DNA from: a virus
Strand: one strand, 5' to 3'
Virus record (IMG/VR): IMGVR_UViG_3300027816_000055
Length of the DNA stretch: 64,000 bases
Made by a program: the position numbers and the translations under genes. Below, in pieces: positions 48,769-57,972 of this stretch; position 1 is the stretch's first letter; every line of letters begins with the position of its first letter. The notes below the pieces were generated by a model. It made no database searches. It was not told where the DNA came from and saw only the letters and a program-made list of their open reading frames with translations.

Positions 48769-50757
48769 ATGAGTGATACAAAACTAATCATTACAGATGA
48801 TTTTGCCAATCAAGCAAAATACAAAAAACAACCAAATTGGGGATTTAACGGACTCGGCTATATCGTTTATAAAAGAACGTATGCGCGAGTGAAGGAAAAT
48901 GGAGAAACAGAAGAATGGAATGAAACCGTTCAGCGTTGTATTAACGGTGCTCAGAAAATTGGAGCACAATATACTCAAGCAGAAGCAGAGCGTTTATTTG
49001 ATTATGTTTATAATCTTAAGTGCAATTTTGCTGGCCGAATGCTTTGGCAGCTTGGAACAAGCACAGTAGATAGATTTGGAGCAAACAGCTTATTGAATTG
49101 TTGGTTTGCAAGCATGAATGAACCAAAAGCATTTTTGTTTCTTTTTGAGAATCTTATGCTTGGCGGTGGCGTAGGTTATAGTATTCGCCGTGAAGATGTT
49201 CATGAACTTCCAAAGATCAAGAAAGATGTAGTTATTACACATCAAGCAACCAAGGATGCAGATTTTATTGTTCCTGACAGTCGTGAAGGCTGGGTAAAAT
49301 TATTGGAACATGTATTGAATGCATTTTATGTAACCGGTAAGTCGTTTACATATAGTACTATTTTGATACGTGGTGCTGGTGAAAAAATCAACGGATTTGG
49401 TGGCAAAGCAAGCGGACCACAAATTCTTGTTGATGGTATGGCAAAAATAGTCAGTATTTTCCATAGTCGAGAAGGCAAGAAATTGCGTAGTATTGACGTA
49501 TTGGATGTATGCAATATTATTGGTAGTATTGTTGTAGCTGGCAATGTTCGTCGTAGTGCAGAAATTGCACTTGGTGATCCAGATGATATTCTTTATCTAC
49601 GTGCCAAAAATTGGAGTGCAGGTAATGTGCCAAATTGGCGAGCAATGAGTAACAATACATTGTATGTAGATGATTATAGTCATTTGCTTGCTGAATTCTG
49701 GACCAATGGTTATGAAATTAACAAAGACACTGGATTTGCCAACGGCGAACCATACGGTTTCTTTAATCTTCCTTTGTCACAAAAGTATGGACGTACCAAA
49801 GATGGATTGATGAAGGACAGTAATTTGTATCCTACCGACAGTGACAATGTAGTTGGAACCAATCCATGTGGTGAAATTAGTTTGAGTAATTATGAATGTT
49901 GTAATTTGTGCGAGTTATATTTGAACAATATTACAAGCAAGGAAGAGTTAATTGATTGTGCAAAATTGCTCTATAAAACTCAGAAAGCAATTGCGGCATT
50001 ACCATTCTTGCACGAAGAAACTAATAAGATCGTGCATAAAAATATGCGATTGGGTCTTGGTGTAACTGGCGTATGTCAATCATTAAATAAAATTGATTGG
50101 TTGGATGATTGCTATGTCGCTCTTCGTAAATTTGACAAACAATGGAGCAAAGAGCGTGGATGGTCAGAAAGTGTAAAGTTGACCACTGTCAAGCCAAGTG
50201 GAACACTCAGTTTGCTTGGGGGCGCAACTCCCGGTGTTCATCCTGCATATAGTAAATATTATCTACGCACTGTGCGAATGAGTAGTAGCGATAAGTTGGT
50301 ACAAATTTGTCGTGATCTTGGTTATCATACAGAATTCTTGTTGAATTTTGATGGAACGGAAAATCGGGATACTATTGTCGTTTATTTTCCATGCGAAACT
50401 CCAGAATCTGCAATTCTTGCAGACAATATGGATGTTATTAAACAACTTGAAATGGTTAAAAAGTTGCAATCTGTATGGAGTGATAATGCTGTCAGTGTAA
50501 CAGCATATTATAGCCCGGAAGAATTGGATGCTCTCAAAGACTGGTTGAAAGATAATTATAAGAATCATTTGAAGAGTGTGAGCTTCTTGTTGCGTCAAAA
50601 GCATGGATTCAAACAAGCTCCTTATCAAGAAATTGACAAGGAAACCTATGAAAAGTATAAATCAAAGGTGAAGCCTTTGAGTACCATTACCAACATTATT
50701 AGTGGTGATGTATTGCAAGGTATCGAATGTGAAGGTGGCGCATGTCCAATTCGTTAA
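48769..50757 (+). CDS. nrdJ: Class II (adenosylcobalamin-dependent) ribonucleotide reductase, monomeric RTPR type
   Basis: VYKRTYAR, GRMLW, LNC, GNVRRSA, TNPCGEI, TTVKPSGT, C-terminal CEGGACP; no beta subunit nearby. Confidence 0.9.
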   Translation: MSDTKLIITDDFANQAKYKKQPNWGFNGLGYIVYKRTYARVKENGETEEWNETVQRCINGAQKIGAQYTQAEAERLFDYVYNLKCNFAGRMLWQLGTSTVDRFGANSLLNCWFASMNEPKAFLFLFENLMLGGGVGYSIRREDVHELPKIKKDVVITHQATKDADFIVPDSREGWVKLLEHVLNAFYVTGKSFTYSTILIRGAGEKINGFGGKASGPQILVDGMAKIVSIFHSREGKKLRSIDVLDVCNIIGSIVVAGNVRRSAEIALGDPDDILYLRAKNWSAGNVPNWRAMSNNTLYVDDYSHLLAEFWTNGYEINKDTGFANGEPYGFFNLPLSQKYGRTKDGLMKDSNLYPTDSDNVVGTNPCGEISLSNYECCNLCELYLNNITSKEELIDCAKLLYKTQKAIAALPFLHEETNKIVHKNMRLGLGVTGVCQSLNKIDWLDDCYVALRKFDKQWSKERGWSESVKLTTVKPSGTLSLLGGATPGVHPAYSKYYLRTVRMSSSDKLVQICRDLGYHTEFLLNFDGTENRDTIVVYFPCETPESAILADNMDVIKQLEMVKKLQSVWSDNAVSVTAYYSPEELDALKDWLKDNYKNHLKSVSFLLRQKHGFKQAPYQEIDKETYEKYKSKVKPLSTITNIISGDVLQGIECEGGACPIR

Positions 50758-50774
50758 AATACTAAAAACAAGAC

Positions 50775-50804
50775 AAAATCCCGACATAATTGTCGGGATT
50801 TTTT
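50775..50804 (+). terminator. Intrinsic terminator
   Basis: AAAATCCCGACA-taat-TGTCGGGATTTT. Confidence 0.9.
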
Positions 50805-50871
50805 GTTTACATAGGCAAAAATAATACGCTGTATCTTATATTTGCCTATATTTATATTAAGATTATCATAT

Positions 50872-51528
50872 ATGAACAAAGACCAATTAGATAAGCTTAT
50901 TCTTGAATGTGTTAAAGAACATCAATTAAAACATGCTTTAAAGCAATTAGTTGTTGAAGCAATTCAAGAAATTAAAGCTGAAAAGAAACTTAGCTGCCAA
51001 GAAATGATGGACGAATTGGATGGCGAAGTTAAAAAAGAAAATAAAGAATTGACTGTCACCAAAGACGATGCTGGTTATTATAACGTATGTGGATGTCCTC
51101 CTCATATGATTAAATTAAAGCACATGTATGAAGATCGTTTTCAAATGACATATATAAAAGATGGTACGGATCGTAGCAAAAAGGTATCTGTTCAATTTGA
51201 AGATCTTAAGAAGTTTGTCAAAGAAGTACTTGGAAAAAAGACTAATAATTATGTAGAGACAGCATATAATAAAGCTGCTGAAAATGATAAAGACAAAGAA
51301 ACCAAGAGCGGTGACGAAGCTGTTAAGCATGTAGGTGAAAAAGCAAAGGATATGGTAGAAAAGAAAGATGATTTACCAGATCAACCTTTGAAATCTGTTG
51401 AATCAATTAAAAAACAAAGTGATCACAGTGTTAAAGGTACAAAACAAAATTATAAGTATCCAAAGCAAAAAAATAATAAATTGGTAGTAAAGTTACCATC
51501 CAAGAAAAGCAAGTCTAAAAAATCATAA
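50872..51528 (+). CDS. Lys-rich hypothetical protein with LDKLILE leader
   Basis: Start moved to ATG 50872; TATTTATA at 50849-50856. Confidence 0.6.
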   Translation: MNKDQLDKLILECVKEHQLKHALKQLVVEAIQEIKAEKKLSCQEMMDELDGEVKKENKELTVTKDDAGYYNVCGCPPHMIKLKHMYEDRFQMTYIKDGTDRSKKVSVQFEDLKKFVKEVLGKKTNNYVETAYNKAAENDKDKETKSGDEAVKHVGEKAKDMVEKKDDLPDQPLKSVESIKKQSDHSVKGTKQNYKYPKQKNNKLVVKLPSKKSKSKKS

Positions 51529-51551
51529 AAGTAACAATAACAAGATCTTAT

Positions 51552-51584
51552 AAAAGCGCATTAAAAAAAAGATGCGCTTTTTTA
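51552..51584 (+). terminator. Intrinsic terminator
   Basis: AAAAGCGCAT...ATGCGCTTTT followed by Ts. Confidence 0.8.
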
Positions 51585-51613
51585 TTGACACTCCCTCCCA
51601 CTTGTTCTATAGT
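51585..51613 (+). promoter_or_regulatory. Strong sigma70-like promoter
   Basis: TTGACA-17 nt-TATAGT. Confidence 0.75.
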
Positions 51614-51683
51614 TGTACTCGTAATCGCACCATCAGGCATTGGAATACCAAAGTGGTGCAATTCATTAACCAAATAATTAAAT

Positions 51684-52100
51684 ATGAGTAATACAATTAA
51701 AAAGACAAACCGCAAAAACAAAACCAATTTGGTAGTTAATTGGGTAAATAATTTCTTCACCATTGAAGATTTACATGCCGCAAATCCTAATTTCGTAGAA
51801 ATCACGCTACGTTCACGTTTGAATTCTGCAAAGAAGGAAAATCAAATTGCTGAGATTGGATGTATTCATAGTGGTAAGGGTCGTCCAAAGTTGGTTTTTG
51901 CAAATACTCCTGTTTCTAAAGAAGTGTTGGAAGCGGCTCGTCAAGCCGGTGTTATTTTCAACGAGAACTACGACAGCATCGCCGTTGTCAGTGTTGATTC
52001 TGTTAAGATTGCTATTGATGAAGAAGCACAACTTGCTTCTGAAGAAGCTTCTGCGGAAGAAACATCTGTCGATGTGTTGTCAAATAATATTAATGCCTAA
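51684..52100 (+). CDS. Putative winged-helix DNA-binding protein with an acidic tail
   Basis: FTIEDL...ITLRSRL...IG...GKGRPKLVF wing motif. Confidence 0.5.
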   Translation: MSNTIKKTNRKNKTNLVVNWVNNFFTIEDLHAANPNFVEITLRSRLNSAKKENQIAEIGCIHSGKGRPKLVFANTPVSKEVLEAARQAGVIFNENYDSIAVVSVDSVKIAIDEEAQLASEEASAEETSVDVLSNNINA

Positions 52101-52284
52101 TAAAAAATCACCAGTGAAAATACCGTATCATGGTGATAAAGTCACCATATACGGTATTTTTCATTTACCAACATCCAAACTAATAAAAGTTGATCTAAGT
52201 GAGGAAGAAATATTTTTTGAATACGATATGAGTATGTATAATCCAGAAGAATATTGTATTGTTAAATTACAAGTCTTACTTTGA
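52093..52284 (+). CDS. Small hypothetical protein
   Basis: MPNKKSPVKIP...; ATG overlaps the upstream stop. Confidence 0.5.
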   Translation: MPNKKSPVKIPYHGDKVTIYGIFHLPTSKLIKVDLSEEEIFFEYDMSMYNPEEYCIVKLQVLL

Positions 52285-52554
52285 TGGTAATATCGAATAA
52301 AATGGTGATTGTGGCGCGTATTTGATACCATCCGGTGTCAGCGTATATACTTTTAAATTAGTATTTTTATATTGTTTTTTATCCGATTCTTTCTTAACAG
52401 ATTTCAAAATAGCTTCCATTTTGATTCTGTCCTTTCCCATATACATCGGCTGCTCCTTTTCCAATTCAGTTTCCGATAACATATAAACATTGTTTGGATA
52501 TATAATTAAAATAAATGTCTGGTCAACATTTTTTGGGCTATACATTGTGGTCAT
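52276..52554 (-). CDS. Hypothetical protein
   Basis: Start at MTTMYSPK; minus-strand TATTTATT at 52562-52569. Confidence 0.5.
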   Translation of the reverse strand: MTTMYSPKNVDQTFILIIYPNNVYMLSETELEKEQPMYMGKDRIKMEAILKSVKKESDKKQYKNTNLKVYTLTPDGIKYAPQSPFYSILPSK

Positions 52555-52609
52555 ATATGATAATAAATAGCTCTTTTTTAATATAATTATCATATTTATA
52601 TCTAGCACA

Positions 52610-52987
52610 ATGATCAATTTTATCAAAGACAATAGATTTCCAACATTTTTGGATAGATTAATTAGTGTATCTCGAAATGAGACAGATACATCCTATATCG
52701 ATTTAAGTCCAAATAATTTATTTGATGGAGATATGGGAACGATTTTGGTAAAAAATGGAAGTGACATTCTGTATCAAGAAAATACAGATAGCGAATTTGT
52801 AAATCTTTCTCAATTATTTCCGTATGTTGTTGCTCCTAGAAAATATCTATTGGAACAGGGACTTAATCAAAGAGTTACATGGGTAAAAAATAGCTCTTCC
52901 GTATCCAAAACTTGGAAATTTTTAGGATATACATGCCCGTTTAATACTGTATGCAGTCCATGTCCAGTTGTTTACGTTTACACTTGA
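52610..52987 (+). CDS. Hypothetical protein with a Cys-rich C-terminus
   Basis: 125 aa; TATTTATA at 52593-52600. Confidence 0.5.
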   Translation: MINFIKDNRFPTFLDRLISVSRNETDTSYIDLSPNNLFDGDMGTILVKNGSDILYQENTDSEFVNLSQLFPYVVAPRKYLLEQGLNQRVTWVKNSSSVSKTWKFLGYTCPFNTVCSPCPVVYVYT

Positions 52988-53012
52988 CGTTTCTATAAAA
53001 GCGACCTATGGT
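52984..53012 (+). promoter_or_regulatory. Sigma70-like promoter upstream of uvsE
   Basis: TTGACG-17 nt-TATGGT. Confidence 0.55.
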
Positions 53013-53019
53013 ATGGGTC

Positions 53020-53946
53020 ATGAAACGATACGGACTTTGCTGCATCAGCCTTACCCTACAGGATCAAGGATTCAAATCCTCCACCATGACCAAAACTCGC
53101 TTTTTGCAACTAAACCGCAAACAAGCAGAAAAAATCGTGGCAGAACGTACTCTCAACAATGTTATGGTTGCACGTAAAACCATTGAGTTTTGTGCTTCAA
53201 AAAACTGGAATTATCGCATCAGTAGTGGAATGATGCCACTGGAAACCTTGCCAGATGTAAATCTGTTGATTGAAAATACACATAATTTCAACGGCATTCA
53301 AAACGAATTCAAACTTGCAGCATCTGCAATTAAACAACATAATGTTCGTTGCAGTACACATCCAGATCAATTTGTTGTACCTGCATCTGCCAATCCAGCG
53401 GTTGCTGCAAAAAGTGTAATTGAACTCAATATGCACGGCAAAATGATGGATATGTTTGGTCTTAGCCAAGACTATAATAGTCCAATCAATATTCACATGA
53501 ATTGTTTCAAAGGCGGCGATCTTAAAGACACTGCCAAACGATTCATTGACGTATATAATCAATTGCAACACAATGTCAAATCTCGTCTTGTCCTTGAAAA
53601 CGAAGACAAACCCAACAGTTGGAATGTAGAGCAATTGTATGAACATATTTACAGTGCCGTAAAAATTCCTATTACTTATGATAATTTGCATCATCGTTGC
53701 AACCCCGGAAAACTAACTGCTACTGAAGCTTACAAACTTGCATATAGCACTTGGCCTACTGGAACAATTCCATTGTTTCATTTTAGCGACAGTATTCCAA
53801 ATGGAGATAATCCTAGAGCACATGCAGATTATGCAAATACACTACCGGACGAATATAATAACACAGATGTTCTAGATTTGGAACTGGAATTCAAAGCCAA
53901 AGATTTGGCTATCATGGAGTTTCAGAAGAAATATCCTTGGTATTAA
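53020..53946 (+). CDS. uvsE: UV-damage endonuclease
   Basis: GLCCIS, YRISS, STHPDQF, INIH, RLVLENED, YDNLHH, FHFS, AHADY, ELEFKAKD. Confidence 0.92.
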   Translation: MKRYGLCCISLTLQDQGFKSSTMTKTRFLQLNRKQAEKIVAERTLNNVMVARKTIEFCASKNWNYRISSGMMPLETLPDVNLLIENTHNFNGIQNEFKLAASAIKQHNVRCSTHPDQFVVPASANPAVAAKSVIELNMHGKMMDMFGLSQDYNSPINIHMNCFKGGDLKDTAKRFIDVYNQLQHNVKSRLVLENEDKPNSWNVEQLYEHIYSAVKIPITYDNLHHRCNPGKLTATEAYKLAYSTWPTGTIPLFHFSDSIPNGDNPRAHADYANTLPDEYNNTDVLDLELEFKAKDLAIMEFQKKYPWY

Positions 53947-54006
53947 AATAACTTGCACGAATTCAATTAATGTGGCACAATAAACGTGTAGTTTAAAATA
54001 AAACAT

Positions 54007-54222
54007 ATGAAAACAAATAATCGTAATTACTTAATCACAAATTCACATCGCGGATTCAAAGTCGAGCTTTCTACTGCTCGGCCTAATGCAAAACGAGCAA
54101 AGATATTAACATTAAAGACTGCTAATAAAACTCTTAAATTGAATGGTTATCAGATCAATACTCTTAAGAAAGTTTTTGCAAAAGAAAACGCATTAAATAG
54201 TTCAAAGTCTACTATTTATTGA
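54007..54222 (+). CDS. Small basic hypothetical protein
   Basis: 71 aa; TTGCAC-17-CACAAT at 53953-53981 upstream. Confidence 0.55.
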   Translation: MKTNNRNYLITNSHRGFKVELSTARPNAKRAKILTLKTANKTLKLNGYQINTLKKVFAKENALNSSKSTIY

Positions 54223-54227
54223 TAGTT

Positions 54228-54380
54228 ATGGGAAAAACATATCGACGTAATTCGGAGAGAAAAATAAAAAATTTTCAAAAAGGTAAATCTAAATCAGAAA
54301 AATTTAAAACTGGTCAAGATGAACCCAAATTTTCAAAGCATTTGAAAGTATATACGGACGACGTAGATAACGAATATTAA
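54228..54380 (+). CDS. Small basic hypothetical protein (50 aa, absent from the ORF track)
   Basis: MGKTYRRNSERKIKNFQKGK...DDVDNEY*; TATTTATT at 54213-54220; fills the gap exactly. Confidence 0.55.
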   Translation: MGKTYRRNSERKIKNFQKGKSKSEKFKTGQDEPKFSKHLKVYTDDVDNEY

Positions 54381-54393
54381 ACTGTTATATGCC

Positions 54394-54729
54394 ATGACAA
54401 TAATAATTGTCATGGCATTTTATTTTATGGAAATAATTGTTACATTAATTGTTGGTATATTTTTGTTTATTTATATCAAACGCGATATAAAAAAGATCAA
54501 CGCTCGTATTGACACTGTTGAAAAATTGATTCCTGATGCAGCGGAATATAAAAAGTATAAAGACGATGTAAAAACTTTATACCAGAACCAAACTCTGCTA
54601 TTGTCTTTGGTGAACGCTGTAAGAGTTAGAATCAATAATTTTTATGCCAAAAAGCTCAACGAACCAAGACTCAAATCCGCTGGATTTGATTCAACCAAAG
54701 AATTTGGTGAAACCCAAGACGGTGTTTGA
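54394..54729 (+). CDS. Membrane-anchored coiled-coil hypothetical protein
   Basis: N-terminal hydrophobic helix followed by heptads. Confidence 0.5.
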   Translation: MTIIIVMAFYFMEIIVTLIVGIFLFIYIKRDIKKINARIDTVEKLIPDAAEYKKYKDDVKTLYQNQTLLLSLVNAVRVRINNFYAKKLNEPRLKSAGFDSTKEFGETQDGV

Positions 54730-55162
54730 TCATATCAAACACATCCGTGAATCCAAGGCGCCCGACTATTATCAATCGCTAACTGAAGCTGATCAAAAAA
54801 CATTTAACAAATATGTTATTTTGATGGGTTTAAGTATGGATCAAACGGCAATTGAAGGAGTTAGTTATATATCTAAATATTTAGATATATTGCCTCCAAA
54901 TGCATTTTATAAAGTATGCTGCGATGTTACTCCAAAATCGACAAGATTTTGCAAATGGATAAAATCATCAAAGCCAAAATATAGTAAAAAGCTCATTGAG
55001 ATTATCGCATCTTACTATAAAATCAGTAAAAGTGATGCATATGATTATTGCACTTCATTCTTTCGTGATGAAACACAATTGACTAATTTAATCAATTTGT
55101 GTAGTAGTGTTGGATTTAGCGAAACTCAAATTGAAAAAATGTTAGAAGGAAAAGATGAATAA
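54644..55162 (+). CDS. gp62: Clamp loader small subunit (T4 gp62-like)
   Basis: FDHI, FNKYVI.MGLS, FY...K..RFCKWIK, YYKIS..DAYDY. Confidence 0.6.
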   Translation: MPKSSTNQDSNPLDLIQPKNLVKPKTVFDHIKHIRESKAPDYYQSLTEADQKTFNKYVILMGLSMDQTAIEGVSYISKYLDILPPNAFYKVCCDVTPKSTRFCKWIKSSKPKYSKKLIEIIASYYKISKSDAYDYCTSFFRDETQLTNLINLCSSVGFSETQIEKMLEGKDE

Positions 55163-55856
55163 TAAACAAATCGTTATAGGTGTAGGCGGCGTTGCAAGAG
55201 CAGGTAAAAATCTGTTTTGTGATTTGCTGGTTAAACAACTCAAACAACAATATAATTTACATGCACAGCATTATGCGCTGGCATATGAATTGAAAATGGA
55301 TTGTCGGCAATTCATTTGGGATAAATTCAATATTGATGTCTTTACAGAAAATACTGATGAAAAAAAGATATTTCGTGATATGTTGGTTTGGTATGGAGAT
55401 GCTAAACGAAAGCAAAGCAATGGTCGCTATTGGATTGATAAGTTAAATACCAGAATTGGAAAAGAATTTGCATGGGGCACTCCACCTATTGATGTTGCCA
55501 TTATTAGTGATATTCGATATGACTTTTATGAGAATGACGAAGTGGATTTTATTCGTAAAGAAAAGAACGGACCATTTATTCATATAAGCAAATACACATA
55601 TGGATTTCCAACTGATGGACGCGTAGTAAAAGTAAGCGGACAAACTGTAAACAATACTAAAATATTTACAGATCCAGCAAATAGTCATGAAGCATTAAAT
55701 GATCCTAAGTTACAGAAAAAGGCAGACTATTTATTACAGTGGGAAGATATTGGTGTTGGCAAAAATCTGACTTATGCAGAGTTGTTAGATAATCAATATC
55801 TAAATAACACTGTTATAGAATGTCTCAAGTCAATACAACACAAGATTATCCAATAA
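55155..55856 (+). CDS. Deoxynucleoside monophosphate kinase (T4 gp1-like)
   Basis: P-loop GVARAGKN, ALAYELK, YWI, IISDIRY..NE, HE. Confidence 0.75.
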   Translation: MNNKQIVIGVGGVARAGKNLFCDLLVKQLKQQYNLHAQHYALAYELKMDCRQFIWDKFNIDVFTENTDEKKIFRDMLVWYGDAKRKQSNGRYWIDKLNTRIGKEFAWGTPPIDVAIISDIRYDFYENDEVDFIRKEKNGPFIHISKYTYGFPTDGRVVKVSGQTVNNTKIFTDPANSHEALNDPKLQKKADYLLQWEDIGVGKNLTYAELLDNQYLNNTVIECLKSIQHKIIQ

Positions 55857-56554
55857 AGCTGATTGAATGCAAACAATCGTCTGAATTTAAATTATTTAGA
55901 GATACTATTGATCAGCATCATAGTTACGTAAAATATAAAGATAGTCCAACTCGCCGCTTGTCATTTCTCGTTTATGAGAGTGTAAGCGGCAATTTTATTG
56001 GTTGTATAGGATTGACCAGCGGCACATTGGCATTGAAATGTAGAGAAGAATATATTGGATGGAACAATGATCTTAAAATGAAACATTTGCATCAAATTGC
56101 AAATAATAGTCGGTTTTGTTTAATCAAAAACAATATCACAATAGCTAATGCTGCCAGCATGACTCTCAAATCATTACGAACAATAGGTGTTGACGCATGG
56201 AAAACAAAATATAACGATGATTTGGTGCTTTTGGAGACTTTTATACTACCCACCAGAGAAAACCAATATATAGGGCATTCTAATCGAAATGGAGCGTGTT
56301 ATAAAGCTGACAACTGGATCGAATTGGGTATGACTGAAGGTAATTCAATAAAAAAGATACCTTTGATTATGTGGAAGAAAGAAAACACTGAACGTGGTAG
56401 ATTAGCCAGAGAGAATCCAGAAGAATGTATGCGGCAGTATGCGTTTTATGTCAATAACAGCGAAAAGTATGGGTACAACGTACAAAACACACAAAAGAAG
56501 CTGGTTTTTATAAAACCATTGGTAAAAAATTGGAGAGATATATTATTAACGTGA
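55820..56554 (+). CDS. DUF4338/DruA-like GNAT-fold protein
   Basis: HHSY, FIGCIG, REEYIGW, IANNSRF, LVLLETF, GACYKADNWIELG.T.G. Confidence 0.75.
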   Translation: MSQVNTTQDYPIKLIECKQSSEFKLFRDTIDQHHSYVKYKDSPTRRLSFLVYESVSGNFIGCIGLTSGTLALKCREEYIGWNNDLKMKHLHQIANNSRFCLIKNNITIANAASMTLKSLRTIGVDAWKTKYNDDLVLLETFILPTRENQYIGHSNRNGACYKADNWIELGMTEGNSIKKIPLIMWKKENTERGRLARENPEECMRQYAFYVNNSEKYGYNVQNTQKKLVFIKPLVKNWRDILLT

Positions 56555-56836
56555 CAGTGTAGCTATATAATAATTTTGATTATAATAAAATTCAATTGAA
56601 TCTTGTGTTATTTTAGAAAATATTAAATCTTTTTTAGAAGGCAATATTTGCAATACAATATGCATATATTGCTGATTACAAATTTCATATTTTTGATTTT
56701 TTTGAGTTTTTTTACAACTACAAAATAAACTATATTGTATAACACATGCAACAAAATCAGCAACACTGGCATCAATATTATCCAATTGATTATCAGTCAA
56801 AAATGTTTTAAATTCTCCAATATTATTTATTCTCAT
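56546..56836 (-). CDS. Hypothetical protein
   Basis: 96 aa, last gene of the minus-strand block. Confidence 0.55.
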   Translation of the reverse strand: MRINNIGEFKTFLTDNQLDNIDASVADFVACVIQYSLFCSCKKTQKNQKYEICNQQYMHIVLQILPSKKDLIFSKITQDSIEFYYNQNYYIATLSR

Positions 56837-57167
56837 ATCCAGTTAATTTATTATATGCCTCGTATAAATACAAACTACATATAAATATCACCGGACAGCA
56901 AATAAATGACAATTGTGCAAAAAATCCTATAATAACTGATAACCAAAACGATGTACATATTGGACATGTAATTAATCTAGTAAAAAAATTATTATAATTT
57001 ACTAGTAAAAATGTATGATATGATATCGTACAATCTTTTTCTTTGGCAATTAGATATTCTTTTACTTTTACGTAAGGCAAATGTATTAGTTTCGCGTATT
57101 CTACAAATGCTTCTGTATTGAACCAAATTAATAATATTGAAGTTATTAAAAATATTGCAAATAACAT
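56823..57167 (-). CDS. Small membrane protein with CxxC (DUF1360-like)
   Basis: Hydrophobic ends; LITCPICTSFW. Confidence 0.55.
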   Translation of the reverse strand: MLFAIFLITSILLIWFNTEAFVEYAKLIHLPYVKVKEYLIAKEKDCTISYHTFLLVNYNNFFTRLITCPICTSFWLSVIIGFFAQLSFICCPVIFICSLYLYEAYNKLTGYENK

Positions 57168-57171
57168 ATCT

Positions 57172-57972
57172 TTAAAAAGTTATTCCATTTACAAATTTTT
57201 CCATTGGTTTATGCGAATTGGTTTTAGGATGTCTGGTTGCATGAAATCCCCACTTATAATAAAATATTTCTGCTGCATTTCTTTCGCTTTCATTAAATTT
57301 ATCTCGCTCACTTCCATTTTTAGTTGAAACACTTCCGAAGTGATAGAAATTAAGTTTACGACTTCTTAAGAATTTTTTATTTATAAGTTCTAGTTTAAGA
57401 AAGAAATCCCAATCGCATATAAATGGACTGTTGAAGATTGTATCAAATCCCCCAACTGTCATGTAATCTTTCTTAGTCATAAAAAACGGGAATATTTCCC
57501 CGTCTTGTGTTAACTGATTGGATCTATATGATGGTTCTTTTTCGCTAAATTCTTTATATCTAAAATTATCTGGTCCGCCAAAATCTCCAATTCCAAAATT
57601 AAATATGCTAGGATTTCGTTCAATTTGATTAGGCGTTATGATTGTATCATGATGAAAATCTTCAAGTAAAATTTTGTCCCATTCTACCGGAAACACATTG
57701 TCGTCGTTAACAATTAATATTTTCTCGTTTGTTGCATGAAAAACTCCAACGTTTAATGCTTGTTGCATTCCTTGATTTTCTTCAAATTCATAAAATTGTA
57801 CATTTGTATTGTTGTACTTCTTTTTTAAGGAAGTATATTGTTCCGCAAATCCATCTAATACAACAATATATTGATTTTTGTTTGTTTCTCCTAATAATCC
57901 AGAATCCAAACAAATCTCAAGACATTTTGGATTTTTATATGAAGGAATGATGATTGAAATTTGATTGTTCAT
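57172..57972 (-). CDS. Glycosyltransferase family 2
   Basis: ISIIIPSY, VVLDG, ILIVNDD, GGFD, DWDF. Confidence 0.85.
   Translation of the reverse strand: MNNQISIIIPSYKNPKCLEICLDSGLLGETNKNQYIVVLDGFAEQYTSLKKKYNNTNVQFYEFEENQGMQQALNVGVFHATNEKILIVNDDNVFPVEWDKILLEDFHHDTIITPNQIERNPSIFNFGIGDFGGPDNFRYKEFSEKEPSYRSNQLTQDGEIFPFFMTKKDYMTVGGFDTIFNSPFICDWDFFLKLELINKKFLRSRKLNFYHFGSVSTKNGSERDKFNESERNAAEIFYYKWGFHATRHPKTNSHKPMEKFVNGITF

Noticed and set aside
55820-56554. Complete Druantia defence system
   Set aside because: Only a DUF4338-like gene is present; no DruE helicase or other Dru genes
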